Below are positions 46,978-55,985 of a DNA stretch of 64,000 nucleotides, one piece after another. The notes beneath the pieces are model-generated. The model did not search any database. It was not told where the DNA came from and saw only the letters and a list, made by a program, of their open reading frames with translations. The position numbers and the translations under genes are program-made. The stretch is from an uncultured Gammaproteobacteria bacterium (lineage in GTDB: Bacteria > Patescibacteriota > Microgenomatia > CAZETR01 > Amesbacteraceae), in NCBI GenBank assembly GCA_964502885.1, contig CAZCXU010000002.1, positions 27,843 to 91,842 of the forward strand, given 5' to 3'. Numbering within the stretch: the first letter of the stretch is position 1; the number at the start of each line of letters is the position of its first letter.

Positions 46978-48396
46978 CTAATCAGTATCAAGCACCCGAT
47001 TGATTCGAGCAAGTGACTCTTTTTGACCTATATAGGCCATGACGTCTGTAATCGGCGGCGTGGAACGACTACCGAAAATCGCAATTCGCAGAACCATGAA
47101 GAAATCCCCCACTTTCCATCCATTTGCTTTTATTTTTTCCACCAGACCTGCTTCTATGTCTGCTTTTGACCAAGCGGTTAGAGCAGACAAGTGAGCTGTG
47201 GCGAATGTTAAGTATTCGGCAGCTTTACTCTCCAAGTCCCCCAGAAGTGACCTATCGACTGATGGTGATGATAGAAAAGGTCCAATAAGATCATTTACAT
47301 CAGATAGTTTTACCAAACGATCCTTAATTAAGGGGATTATTTGAGTAAGTTGTGTCTGCGAAAGATCGCTTTTCACTAAAGGTTTCACTAATTGAACAAT
47401 TTCTGTATCTGATTTACTGCGGATGTATTGACCATTGAACCAGTTGAGCTTGGTATCACTAAAGACTGCCGGTGACTTTTGGAAGCCTGAAGGATCAAAA
47501 GCAGCAACAAATTCTTCGAGAGTAAATAGTTCCCGATTGTCTTTGGGAGCCCACCCCATAAGAATAATGAAGTTCAGCAGGGCTTCCGGCAAATAGCCGT
47601 CCGCGAGAAATTGTTCGCAAGCAACATTTCCTTTGCGCTTGGAAAGCTTGCCGCCGGACGGATCGAGAACCACAGCCGGATGGCCAATCTCGGGTCGTGG
47701 TAATCCTAAATATTTGTATATCAGAACATGAATAGGGGTGCTCGGGAACCATTCAGTAGTCCGGATAACGTGCGTTATTTGCATATCAGTATCGTCTATC
47801 GCTACTGCAAGATGGTATGTTGGAAATCCATCCGACTTGAGAAGCATGGCATCGTCAACCACAGAAGAATCCCAGTGTGTGGTGCCTCCAGTAACAAAGT
47901 CGGTGAACTCGATAGTTTCTCGATCCGGGACTTTGAGACGAATTGCAGGCTTTGTACCTGAGGCAAGTTTGGCCTGAACTTGTGAAGCACTCAATAGGCG
48001 GCAGGGGTCACGAAACTGTAGCTTTTTGGAGGCGTGATTGGTCTTGATCTCTTCTTTTGTTTGAGGAGGGCAAAAGCAATAAAAAGCGTGACCTTCTGAC
48101 AATAATTTGTCAGCGGCTTTTTGATAAATACCCAACGCCACACGTTCGGATTGGATGTAAGGTCCGTGTGGCCCTCCTACCAAAGGACCCTCGTCCCACT
48201 TGATACCAAAAGTGTGAAGAATTGAATAAATTTTCTCGGTAGAACCTTCCACATAGCGACTCCTGTCTGTGTCCTCGATGCGCAGCAGAAACTCTCCGGC
48301 AGAATGCTTGGCCATGGCATAAGCGTAGACAGCAGTCCTGAGGCTACCAATGTGCAAAAAACCGGTCGGTGAAGGGGCAAAACGAGTGCGGATCAT
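46978..48396 (-). CDS. gltX: Glutamate--tRNA ligase
   Basis: MIRTRFAPSPTGFLHIGSLRTAVYAYAMAKH carries the HIGH motif. The KMSKS-region is LSKRKG. Length is 472 aa. Confidence 0.95.
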   Translation of the reverse strand: MIRTRFAPSPTGFLHIGSLRTAVYAYAMAKHSAGEFLLRIEDTDRSRYVEGSTEKIYSILHTFGIKWDEGPLVGGPHGPYIQSERVALGIYQKAADKLLSEGHAFYCFCPPQTKEEIKTNHASKKLQFRDPCRLLSASQVQAKLASGTKPAIRLKVPDRETIEFTDFVTGGTTHWDSSVVDDAMLLKSDGFPTYHLAVAIDDTDMQITHVIRTTEWFPSTPIHVLIYKYLGLPRPEIGHPAVVLDPSGGKLSKRKGNVACEQFLADGYLPEALLNFIILMGWAPKDNRELFTLEEFVAAFDPSGFQKSPAVFSDTKLNWFNGQYIRSKSDTEIVQLVKPLVKSDLSQTQLTQIIPLIKDRLVKLSDVNDLIGPFLSSPSVDRSLLGDLESKAAEYLTFATAHLSALTAWSKADIEAGLVEKIKANGWKVGDFFMVLRIAIFGSRSTPPITDVMAYIGQKESLARINRVLDTD

Positions 48397-48410
48397 GGTA
48401 CAATTCTAGC

Positions 48411-49478
48411 ATGGCCACCCTGACTGAAGTGAGCGTGATGGCACGCAAGGGAATTAAGTATGGAATCATAGGCCTGGTGGTTATGGCGATGATCCCCGGC
48501 GCGTTTTCGATGCTGAGAAAAATTATTCTGGCATTCAATCCCCCGCCGCCGCCAGCTCCGACAGTGAGATACGGTAAGCTTCCGAAACTGATGTTTCCAG
48601 AGGTGCCCAACTTTGCCACACCGGAATATAAACTGGAAACGATTACGGGAAGTTTCCCTGCACTGAAAAACACAGGTAAGGTGTATCTGGTAGGTGTCAA
48701 CAAAGCCAGACTCCTGGTATTGGACCGTATGAAGGCAAGAATGAGAACTGTAGATATGAATCCGGAGCCCGTGCAGTTGGATGAAAAAACTTACAGATTC
48801 CTGCATGCCAAGGAGCCAATTGACCTACTTTTTGACTCTATTACCGGGGGGTTTTCCTATAAATACGACTGGACCACCAACAAAGCGATTTACACGTCCA
48901 GAGATGTTTTGATCGGAGATCAGGCGATAGCCAGAGCAAAATCATTTTTGCAAAAGCTAGGCGGATTGCCTATAGATCTGGCGAAAGGCGACGGGAAAAA
49001 CGGATTAATTAACGTAACTTACTGGGCGGCGACAAATTCGGCAATGGTCCCGGCAGTTTCGGCATACGAAGCAAATTTTGTAAGAGTAGATTTATTCAGA
49101 GACAACAAAGACGAAATGAAAATCGTTACAGTGGGGGGCAATACCTCACCTGTCAATGTAATCATGTCCGGGTTGCCGGGAACTTTGGAAACTGTACAAG
49201 CAAATTTCCACTATTCACAGATTCTGGATGATGACTTTGCCACATATCCGCTAAAAAGCGTAGAAACTGCATGGAGGGAATTAGTATCCGGAGGCGGTTT
49301 TATATCCAGAAGAACTGCGGAGAAAACCGTGGTGGTAAGAAAAGCATCTCTAGCTTACTTTGAAGCAAATGAACAGCAATTATTCATGCAACCCGTGTTT
49401 GTGTTTGAGGGAGATGCGGGATTTGTAGCGTATGTGCAGGCGGTTGATCCCAGCTATGTCACTGACTTCTCCAAGTAA
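48411..49478 (+). CDS. Hypothetical membrane-anchored exported protein
   Basis: Signal anchor IKYGIIGLVVMAMIPGAF followed by a PPPPPAP linker. No catalytic motif. The track's start at 48369 would overlap the divergent gltX start, so I used ATG 48411. Confidence 0.5.
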   Translation: MATLTEVSVMARKGIKYGIIGLVVMAMIPGAFSMLRKIILAFNPPPPPAPTVRYGKLPKLMFPEVPNFATPEYKLETITGSFPALKNTGKVYLVGVNKARLLVLDRMKARMRTVDMNPEPVQLDEKTYRFLHAKEPIDLLFDSITGGFSYKYDWTTNKAIYTSRDVLIGDQAIARAKSFLQKLGGLPIDLAKGDGKNGLINVTYWAATNSAMVPAVSAYEANFVRVDLFRDNKDEMKIVTVGGNTSPVNVIMSGLPGTLETVQANFHYSQILDDDFATYPLKSVETAWRELVSGGGFISRRTAEKTVVVRKASLAYFEANEQQLFMQPVFVFEGDAGFVAYVQAVDPSYVTDFSK

Positions 49479-50352
49479 AGTTATCGTAAACCCAATCGAT
49501 CAAAGATTTCGTTTCATTGAAACGGTCGTCGCTACCCAATAGAGAAATAATCACCTCGTGTCCATCGCGATTCACATAAGTGACAACAGACTCACGGGCC
49601 AGATCTGTAAACCCCGTCTTGACCCCCATTACTCCACTAACTTTACCCAAAAGCTGGTTTACGTTTGTAAGCGGGTGGAAGTTTATCTGGTCTGTAGAAG
49701 TAATTACGGCATTTTCGGTGGCGACAATTTTTGCCAAGTAATCGTTTGCTAAAAGATGATCAGCAAGACGAGCCAAATCTGCAGCTGACGAGTAGTGATT
49801 TTCTTCATCCAATCCCGTGGGGTTTACGAATGAAGTGTGAAACAACCGAAGACGGGAAGCCGTGGAATTCATATCAGCAATAAACCCGGCTCGTCCTCCC
49901 GGGTGATTACGAGCAAGAATCTCGGCGGAATCATTGGCAGATTGAACCAATAATGCGTAGAGCAAACTGTCAACACTCACCTGCTCTCCGGAAGTCAAAC
50001 GAATATTCACGCCCTCACTAAAAGGCGTATCTACTGTAAGCAATCGATCAAGCGGATAAGTCTCATAGGCAACCAGGGCTGTCATCATCTTTGTGGTAGA
50101 GGCAGGATAAATCTGCTGATCTGCGTTTTTTTCGAAAAGAACTTTTTTTGACTTCCTGTCGATGACAAAAATATTTTGTGCGGTAAGGTTGGGGAGCGGT
50201 AATTCTTTCCCAACCGGAGGAAAAACCGCTTCTGATGTAATAGTTTCAGAGCCAAAAGATAGTCTGGAGATAAACCGAAAAGCAGAACCCACTGCAAGGA
50301 CAGTAAGTAATAACAACACTAATATTCGGACTGAGGAAAGAAACTTGTTCAT
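49459..50352 (-). CDS. D-alanyl-D-alanine carboxypeptidase (serine-type, PBP5/DacA-like low-MW PBP)
   Basis: Signal peptide, then STTKMMT (SxxK), SAND (SxN) and KTGFT (KTG). Confidence 0.85.
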   Translation of the reverse strand: MNKFLSSVRILVLLLLTVLAVGSAFRFISRLSFGSETITSEAVFPPVGKELPLPNLTAQNIFVIDRKSKKVLFEKNADQQIYPASTTKMMTALVAYETYPLDRLLTVDTPFSEGVNIRLTSGEQVSVDSLLYALLVQSANDSAEILARNHPGGRAGFIADMNSTASRLRLFHTSFVNPTGLDEENHYSSAADLARLADHLLANDYLAKIVATENAVITSTDQINFHPLTNVNQLLGKVSGVMGVKTGFTDLARESVVTYVNRDGHEVIISLLGSDDRFNETKSLIDWVYDNFTWRSQ

Positions 50353-50367
50353 CTCGGTAGTGAATTT

Positions 50368-51699
50368 TTATTCTACGACTGGCCTGGAAAGGCGGACATC
50401 GATGCGGTCCATATCGCGAGGAAATAGTGAAGCTTCGCGGATATTTTGCAGACCCAAGATGTGCATAGTTACCCGTTCTGCACCCAGGGCAAATCCACCC
50501 AAAGCCGGAACAGCAAACCTAAATGACTGCAGATAAAGCTCGACATCTTCTTCGCGAAGCCCCCATTCAGAAATATTTTTTTTGATCGACTCGTAATCAT
50601 TGAGACGCTGACCGCCACTGGACCACTCGACTCCACGCCCCAATAAGTCCACACTGAAAGCGTACTCCGGATCTGCCGGGTCCGGGTAAACATAGAAAGG
50701 CTTCTTTTTGGTCAAAAAATGGGAGATAAAGACAAGGTCAGAAGCGCGGTTCTCGGCAGACCAACGGCAGATCTCTTTTTCATCTTCGGGAGAAAGATCT
50801 TTTTCCTGACGGCAGTCCCGCCCGGTACGCTCAAAGATAATCTGCTGTGCTTCGCGAAGCTTGAGTAAGGGAATGGTGGCAGCCATTTTTGGCAGAGTCG
50901 CACCAAACAGCTCAAGCTCGTCAGCACAGCGCTCCTGCACTTCTCTGAAGATGTACCGAACAACGTACTCCTCCATTTCCAGAACATCCTTCCAGGAATC
51001 TATAAAACCGAATTCGGCATCTAGACTGACGACTTCGGTCAAATGACGAGTAGTGACAGACGGCTCTGCCCGAAAAACTTTGTTTACTGAGAAGACCCGT
51101 TCAAAAGCACCAACAAGCAGTGACTTGTAAAGCTGGGGGCTTTGCGACAGATAGGCTTCTTTGTCAAAATACTTTACTCGGAAAACTTCGGCGCCACCCT
51201 CAGGAACCGCAGAAATAATGGATGGGGCCTGGAATTCCAAAAAACCTTTTTCCTGGAGGCTTTTTCTGAAAGCGTCGATCACCACCTGCTGGACTTTGAA
51301 TATGGCCTGAATGCGGGGATGGCGAAGAGTCAGTGAACGATGGTCCAAAAGAGTCGGCAACTCGAGATTGAGCTCGGGAAGACCCATGTCAAATGGCAAC
51401 TCAGCGGCCTTTACAACAATATCAATCGATTTGGCCTCTACCTCGATTGTGCCGGTAATCAACTTGGGGTTGATAAGTTTGTCGGGCCGTTTTTTTACTA
51501 AACCTTCGACATAAACCACATCCTCGGGTCTGGCATTCCCAGCAATATCGCTAGTGATGACGACTTGAACCAGGCCTGAGCGATCTCTAACGTCTAAGAA
51601 AACTATGCGACCATGATCACGTCGAGTACTAACCCAACCCTTGAGAAGAATGGTCTGACCGACCAACTGAACAGAATCTGCAATTAGTGTGCGTTGCAT
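50368..51699 (-). CDS. aspS: Aspartate--tRNA ligase, archaeal/eukaryotic-type (possibly non-discriminating Asp/Asn)
   Basis: 443 aa. An N-terminal OB anticodon-binding domain, then class II motifs FRAEPSVTTRHLTEVVSLDAEFGF (motif 2) and GGFALGAERV (motif 3). The short length matches the archaeal-type AspRS/AsnRS family. Confidence 0.75.
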   Translation of the reverse strand: MQRTLIADSVQLVGQTILLKGWVSTRRDHGRIVFLDVRDRSGLVQVVITSDIAGNARPEDVVYVEGLVKKRPDKLINPKLITGTIEVEAKSIDIVVKAAELPFDMGLPELNLELPTLLDHRSLTLRHPRIQAIFKVQQVVIDAFRKSLQEKGFLEFQAPSIISAVPEGGAEVFRVKYFDKEAYLSQSPQLYKSLLVGAFERVFSVNKVFRAEPSVTTRHLTEVVSLDAEFGFIDSWKDVLEMEEYVVRYIFREVQERCADELELFGATLPKMAATIPLLKLREAQQIIFERTGRDCRQEKDLSPEDEKEICRWSAENRASDLVFISHFLTKKKPFYVYPDPADPEYAFSVDLLGRGVEWSSGGQRLNDYESIKKNISEWGLREEDVELYLQSFRFAVPALGGFALGAERVTMHILGLQNIREASLFPRDMDRIDVRLSRPVVE

Positions 51700-51860
51700 A
51701 TACGGCTAAATTTTACCACTACATGGTACAATTAGCCTATGAAGCACTTTGCTTCTGCCTCTCTACACACCTACACCCGCTTCCAGGGCATTTGCGCTGG
51801 AGTTTTGATGTGTGGTGTTTGGGGAGGGTAATCGCAAAACAAATTAAATAAAAAAAGAAC

Positions 51861-51888
51861 AACCCTCCACAAAAAAGGAGGGTTTTTT
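51861..51888. terminator. Hairpin plus U-run. Likely an intrinsic (bidirectional) terminator for relA/spoT on the minus strand. On the plus strand it occludes the Shine-Dalgarno of a small ORF
   Basis: AACCCTCC(51861-68) ACAAAAAA GGAGGGTT(51877-84) then TTTTTT (plus) or TTGTTCTTTTTTT (minus). The 3' arm AAGGAGGG is itself a perfect SD 7 nt before GTG 51890. Confidence 0.5.
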
Positions 51889-51889
51889 A

Positions 51890-52096
51890 GTGATGACCAA
51901 AGTTGAACTAAATCTAATTCACGGTAAATTGATTACGGCTGTCTCGGGTGGAGGGGTGGAGGCCCTGTGGGGAATAGCGAGGGGCACAGGCAAAACGGCT
52001 GAGATCGCTGCGGAAATTCTGGAGCTAGTCACTTCACCGTTTGTGGACATATCAATAGAACAGGCGATTGAAATTGTCATGAAGAACCAAAAGTAA
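51890..52096 (+). CDS. Hypothetical small protein (68 aa)
   Basis: GTG/ATG start with a perfect AAGGAGG SD. MMTKVELNLIHGKLITAVSGGGVEALWGIARGTGKTAEIAAEILELV has no recognisable family. It lies between the relA stop and the terminator, so its coding status is uncertain. Confidence 0.35.
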   Translation: MMTKVELNLIHGKLITAVSGGGVEALWGIARGTGKTAEIAAEILELVTSPFVDISIEQAIEIVMKNQK

Positions 52097-52102
52097 CATT
52101 CT

Positions 52103-53623
52103 TCAACTCACACGGCCTAACTCTTTGGCTATTGAACGTCGGGCAGCTGTGGAGACGACAAACTCCAGCCAGTCGGGATTGGGTTTGCGGCGTTTTTTGT
52201 CGATAATAACCTCAACAACATCCCCGTTTTTTAAGAGATGGTTTAAGGGGACCATCCTGCCGTTGATTTTGGCACTACTAATGCTCGAGCCTAGTTTCGT
52301 ATGAACAGCATAAGCATAATCCACAGGGGTGGCTGCAGCAGGGAGATCGTAAACGTCACCCTGGGGAGAAAAAACCAAAATACGTTTTTTGAAAGCGTCC
52401 AGAGTGAGTGCATCCATGAATTCATCATTTCCACGCAACTCCTGCTGCCAATTTAATAGTTGCCTTACCCAATCAAGCTTGGTGGGGGCATTGAGAGCTG
52501 ACTGCAATGCAGCATCGGATTTGGCAGTGTTTTTGGCCTGAGCGTATGTCCAATGTGCTGCAATACCCATCTCTGCGTGTTCGTGCATAGAGCGAGTGCG
52601 GATCTGTAATTCGAGTATCTTTCCGCCAGGTCCAAAGACCCGGGTATGGAGAGACTGATAACCGTTTGGTTTTGGCGTAGCTATGTAATCGGACAAACCC
52701 AAGTATGGTACCGGGTGAAAACGAGTATGCACCAAACCCAAGACCTGATAACACTGTGGAATAGTATCGACAATCACGCGTGCGGCAAACAGATCATGGA
52801 TTTTGGAAATATCTCCGGCAATTTCCTGACGGGCTAATTTACGAAACAGGCTGTACATGTGTTTTTGTCGGGTGTTTATGATTGCGTTGGGTATATCGGG
52901 CAGGATCAGCTCTAGCAATTGACGATGAACACCCTCAATGTAATTGCGCTCAGTACCCAATAGGGGTTTGACCATTTTCTGCAAATTTGCGTACTCCTGT
53001 GGATAGACATACGGAAAAGCCAGATCTTCCAATTGCCCTTTTACTTCCCCCATCCCCAGGCGCTCTGCTAGCGGAGCATAAACTTCTAATGTTTCACGGG
53101 CGTTTTCATGTTGTTTTTCCGACGAAAGAAAATTCAAAGTCTGCATATTGTGAGTACGGTCAGCCAGCTTTACCAAAATAACACGCAGATCTTTTGCCAT
53201 GACGACTAACATCTTGCGCAAGTTTTCAACAAACAAATCCCGTGTGCTTCCAGTAAGGCGAATTTCGGTAATTTTGGTGACTCCATTGACGATTAAATCG
53301 ACTGTGGCACCAAATTCCTTTACCAACTGATCGCGACTCACACCTGCGTCTTCGACGGTATCATGCAAAAGGCCGGCGACAATTGATTCAGTATCAAGAT
53401 TCCAACCAGCCAAATAAGTGGCAACAGCCAGGGGGTGACTAATAAAGGCCTCACCTGATAAACGGGTCTGACCAAAGTGAGCCTTTTGCGCAAACAAATA
53501 AGCCTTGGTGATGCGTGCGATATCGGGGGAAGTAGTGTTGCGTGAAAGTACTGATAGGAAATCAGCCGGTAGCTGGTCCACAGACGTGATTATACCCCGG
53601 CAGGCAAAAAAGGAGTCTGCCAT
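52103..53623 (-). CDS. relA: Bifunctional (p)ppGpp synthetase/hydrolase RelA/SpoT (Rel) homologue, short form (HD + synthetase + TGS, no ACT)
   Basis: The HD domain is HPLAVATYLAGWNLDTESIVAGLLHDTVED. The synthetase motifs are DLFAARVIV and YQSLHTRV. The C-terminal TGS-like region is GDVYDLPAAATPVDYAYAVHTKLG. Confidence 0.9.
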   Translation of the reverse strand: MADSFFACRGIITSVDQLPADFLSVLSRNTTSPDIARITKAYLFAQKAHFGQTRLSGEAFISHPLAVATYLAGWNLDTESIVAGLLHDTVEDAGVSRDQLVKEFGATVDLIVNGVTKITEIRLTGSTRDLFVENLRKMLVVMAKDLRVILVKLADRTHNMQTLNFLSSEKQHENARETLEVYAPLAERLGMGEVKGQLEDLAFPYVYPQEYANLQKMVKPLLGTERNYIEGVHRQLLELILPDIPNAIINTRQKHMYSLFRKLARQEIAGDISKIHDLFAARVIVDTIPQCYQVLGLVHTRFHPVPYLGLSDYIATPKPNGYQSLHTRVFGPGGKILELQIRTRSMHEHAEMGIAAHWTYAQAKNTAKSDAALQSALNAPTKLDWVRQLLNWQQELRGNDEFMDALTLDAFKKRILVFSPQGDVYDLPAAATPVDYAYAVHTKLGSSISSAKINGRMVPLNHLLKNGDVVEVIIDKKRRKPNPDWLEFVVSTAARRSIAKELGRVS

Positions 53624-54135
53624 AACACATCTCTACCGGTACATCCGTGATCTATAAGGGCTAGCCGATGGAAAGTAATAGTGGATGGGAATTCCGGCTC
53701 AACCAGCGCTATTACCTGGGAACCACTGCTTTGCGGCACTTCGCGGATAATCTTCATATGGTCACCAACCGGACCAAATTTACCGACATACTCAAAGTTG
53801 CTTTGAATTCCCACTGACCCCGCCAGCGATTGCAGGTCAGCCACAAGACCGGCAAGTTTTGAGGCATCAAATAGACTGACAATATTGTCGTTCCACTGAG
53901 TGAAACCAGATATCTGGAGCGTAGGAGCCGGCGGAGGGGAAAACCCGGAGAGGGCGGTGATAAGACGCTTGACCGCTAAAGAGTCTACGTCTCCCAAATA
54001 ACCAACGGTGATATGAGGCAATGTATCATGTCGAGGATCCAGAGAAGCAAAGTGATTCCGGACAGCTAATTGACGTAATTCCCACACTTTTTCTGCTACG
54101 GCCTGGGGAGGAATAATGACAAAATAGAGAAACAT
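53590..54135 (-). CDS. 2'-5' RNA ligase / 2H phosphoesterase family protein (LigT-like)
   Basis: LYFVIIPP N-terminus, first HxT motif PHITVGY and a second degenerate motif near GDHMKI. The start ATG 54135 overlaps the upstream stop as TAATG. Confidence 0.65.
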   Translation of the reverse strand: MFLYFVIIPPQAVAEKVWELRQLAVRNHFASLDPRHDTLPHITVGYLGDVDSLAVKRLITALSGFSPPPAPTLQISGFTQWNDNIVSLFDASKLAGLVADLQSLAGSVGIQSNFEYVGKFGPVGDHMKIIREVPQSSGSQVIALVEPEFPSTITFHRLALIDHGCTGRDVLWQTPFLPAGV

Positions 54136-54353
54136 TATTTGTGCAGAAATTGAAAACGAGCGACCGATTTGCCAGCAATTTCTACCGTCTCTGAAAACAT
54201 TGATAGTGGACGAACCCAAAAAAGACGATTTCCATAGAGAGCTTGGCAGACCACCAGTTCCTCCAATGTCTCGGAGTGGATAGCGACCCCCATGACTTTA
54301 TACTCTCCTCCTTTGTAATGCACATATACTCCGGACTTTAATGCCGCAGCCAT
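54135..54353 (-). CDS. DUF1653 domain protein
   Basis: GVYVHYKGGEYKVMGVAIHSETLEELVVCQALYG matches the DUF1653 core (YxHYKGxxY...HSETxE..VVY..LY). Confidence 0.7.
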   Translation of the reverse strand: MAAALKSGVYVHYKGGEYKVMGVAIHSETLEELVVCQALYGNRLFWVRPLSMFSETVEIAGKSVARFQFLHK

Positions 54354-54397
54354 CGGAGAAAGTGAGACTTCGCTCATGCCAGACAATTAAATTACTT

Positions 54398-55975
54398 TTA
54401 ACCAGGAATGGCAACTTCTTTGATAATAAGCTGCAATTTGGGAATTCCTGAAAAAGTATTCGCATCAAGAGAATAGTAAATTTTTGCCGGGAAGTCCGGG
54501 AAAACCATATCAAAAGGAGCGTTAAAGTAAATGGCCTCCAAATTGTCGGCATAAAATTTGAGATGGCGGTTGTCCTTACCTATACGTCTCGGGTAAGTCA
54601 GGCGGGCGACTGATGAAAAAACGGGGCGGGGGTTACCCAAGCCAAATGGGGCGAAGACGGAAAGCTGTTTTTGTAAATCCAAGCTGGATGCTGATAAAGG
54701 TATATCAGCATCGACCTGGCGTTGTCTCACAAATAAATCCGGCGTGATGAGTTTGGTACACTCTGAGATAAGTTTATCTGTTACCGCAGACAGATTTTCC
54801 GGCGCAAAAGAAAGCCCGGCTGCCATTTCGTGACCGCCAACTGATTTTAATAAAGATGAAGCTGTGCGTAATAGCTCTGTAATGTGGATGCCAGGGATTG
54901 ATCTGGCGGAACCTTTTGCCAGAACCTCACCTAGATTTATAGCTATAGAGGGGCGATAGTACTTCTCGACCAAACGGGCAGCAATCAAACCTACTATCCC
55001 CTCGTCATAGTCCGGGTTAGCCGTGACTAATATTGGCGGAAGTACTCCTGAAGAGAATTGGGAAATGGCGGATTCCGACAAACGCAAAGTAAGATCCTGA
55101 CGGATGCGATTGGTGGCGTCCAAATGAGAAGCGAGATCCAAAGCTCGTTCTGAATCAGTTGTACAAAGTAACCTCAGACTATCTATGGCATGTTCAAGCC
55201 TACCTGTGGCATTGAGACGTGGACCAATGACAAATCCAATCTCATAGGCGCCAATGGGTTTGCCGGTAATTCCTGCGAGCTGAAACAGAGCAAGCAGCCC
55301 GGGACGATGAGTGCGATTTAATTCTTCCAAACCGTATTTTGCGAAACTGCGATTTAGTCCCAGCAAAGGAACAAGATCGCAAACAACCGAAATTGCGACT
55401 AAAGAAAGAAGCTCGTTGTTTGGTGCCTTGTTGAATTCTCTGGCAAATATCCAGGAGAGACCAGCAGCGCTGGTGCTTGTGGAATGAACAATGCAGTTGG
55501 CGTTGGGAAGCTGGTCGGGGGGGGAATGATGATCAACAATAATGGTGTCGCAACCATTTGAGCGACAATAGGCGATTTCTTCCCTAGCGGTAATACCATT
55601 ATCAACAGTAATAATTAATTTCGCACCCTGAGACAAACAGTGATCAATGCCTTTTTTTGTGAGACCATAGCCCTCAATACGACGATGAGGGATGTGGGGA
55701 AAAACATGGGGAGAGACATGATATAAAGTCTCCCAGAGAATAGCTGTAGAAGTAATGCCATCAACGTCGTAATCACCATAAATGGCAATTTTGTCACCGG
55801 AAGCTATGTGAAATTTAACTAACTGGACTGCTTGGGAAATGTGTCTTTTTGATAAACCAACTTCCGCCAAAGAAAATTCGGATGGGTGGCGGGGATTAAG
55901 AAATTCAGAGATTCCCTCAGGGGTGTTTATGCCTCTTTTTTCCAGAAGATGTGCGATGATCTCAGAAACTTGCAT
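54398..55975 (-). CDS. recJ: Single-stranded-DNA-specific exonuclease RecJ
   Basis: DHH motifs IAIYGDYDVDGITSTAIL, IIVDHH and the DHHA1-like GGHEMAAGLS. Confidence 0.9.
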   Translation of the reverse strand: MQVSEIIAHLLEKRGINTPEGISEFLNPRHPSEFSLAEVGLSKRHISQAVQLVKFHIASGDKIAIYGDYDVDGITSTAILWETLYHVSPHVFPHIPHRRIEGYGLTKKGIDHCLSQGAKLIITVDNGITAREEIAYCRSNGCDTIIVDHHSPPDQLPNANCIVHSTSTSAAGLSWIFAREFNKAPNNELLSLVAISVVCDLVPLLGLNRSFAKYGLEELNRTHRPGLLALFQLAGITGKPIGAYEIGFVIGPRLNATGRLEHAIDSLRLLCTTDSERALDLASHLDATNRIRQDLTLRLSESAISQFSSGVLPPILVTANPDYDEGIVGLIAARLVEKYYRPSIAINLGEVLAKGSARSIPGIHITELLRTASSLLKSVGGHEMAAGLSFAPENLSAVTDKLISECTKLITPDLFVRQRQVDADIPLSASSLDLQKQLSVFAPFGLGNPRPVFSSVARLTYPRRIGKDNRHLKFYADNLEAIYFNAPFDMVFPDFPAKIYYSLDANTFSGIPKLQLIIKEVAIPG

Positions 55976-55985
55976 GCTACAATTT

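Noticed and set aside
48369-48410. 5' extension of the 48369..49478 ORF
   Set aside because: It overlaps the divergent gltX start at 48396. An internal ATG at 48411 precedes the signal anchor.
55886-55985. TTG-initiated 5' extension of the cca ORF
   Set aside because: It would overlap the divergent recJ start codon at 55975. The ATGATG at 55986 gives a normal CCA-enzyme N-terminus.
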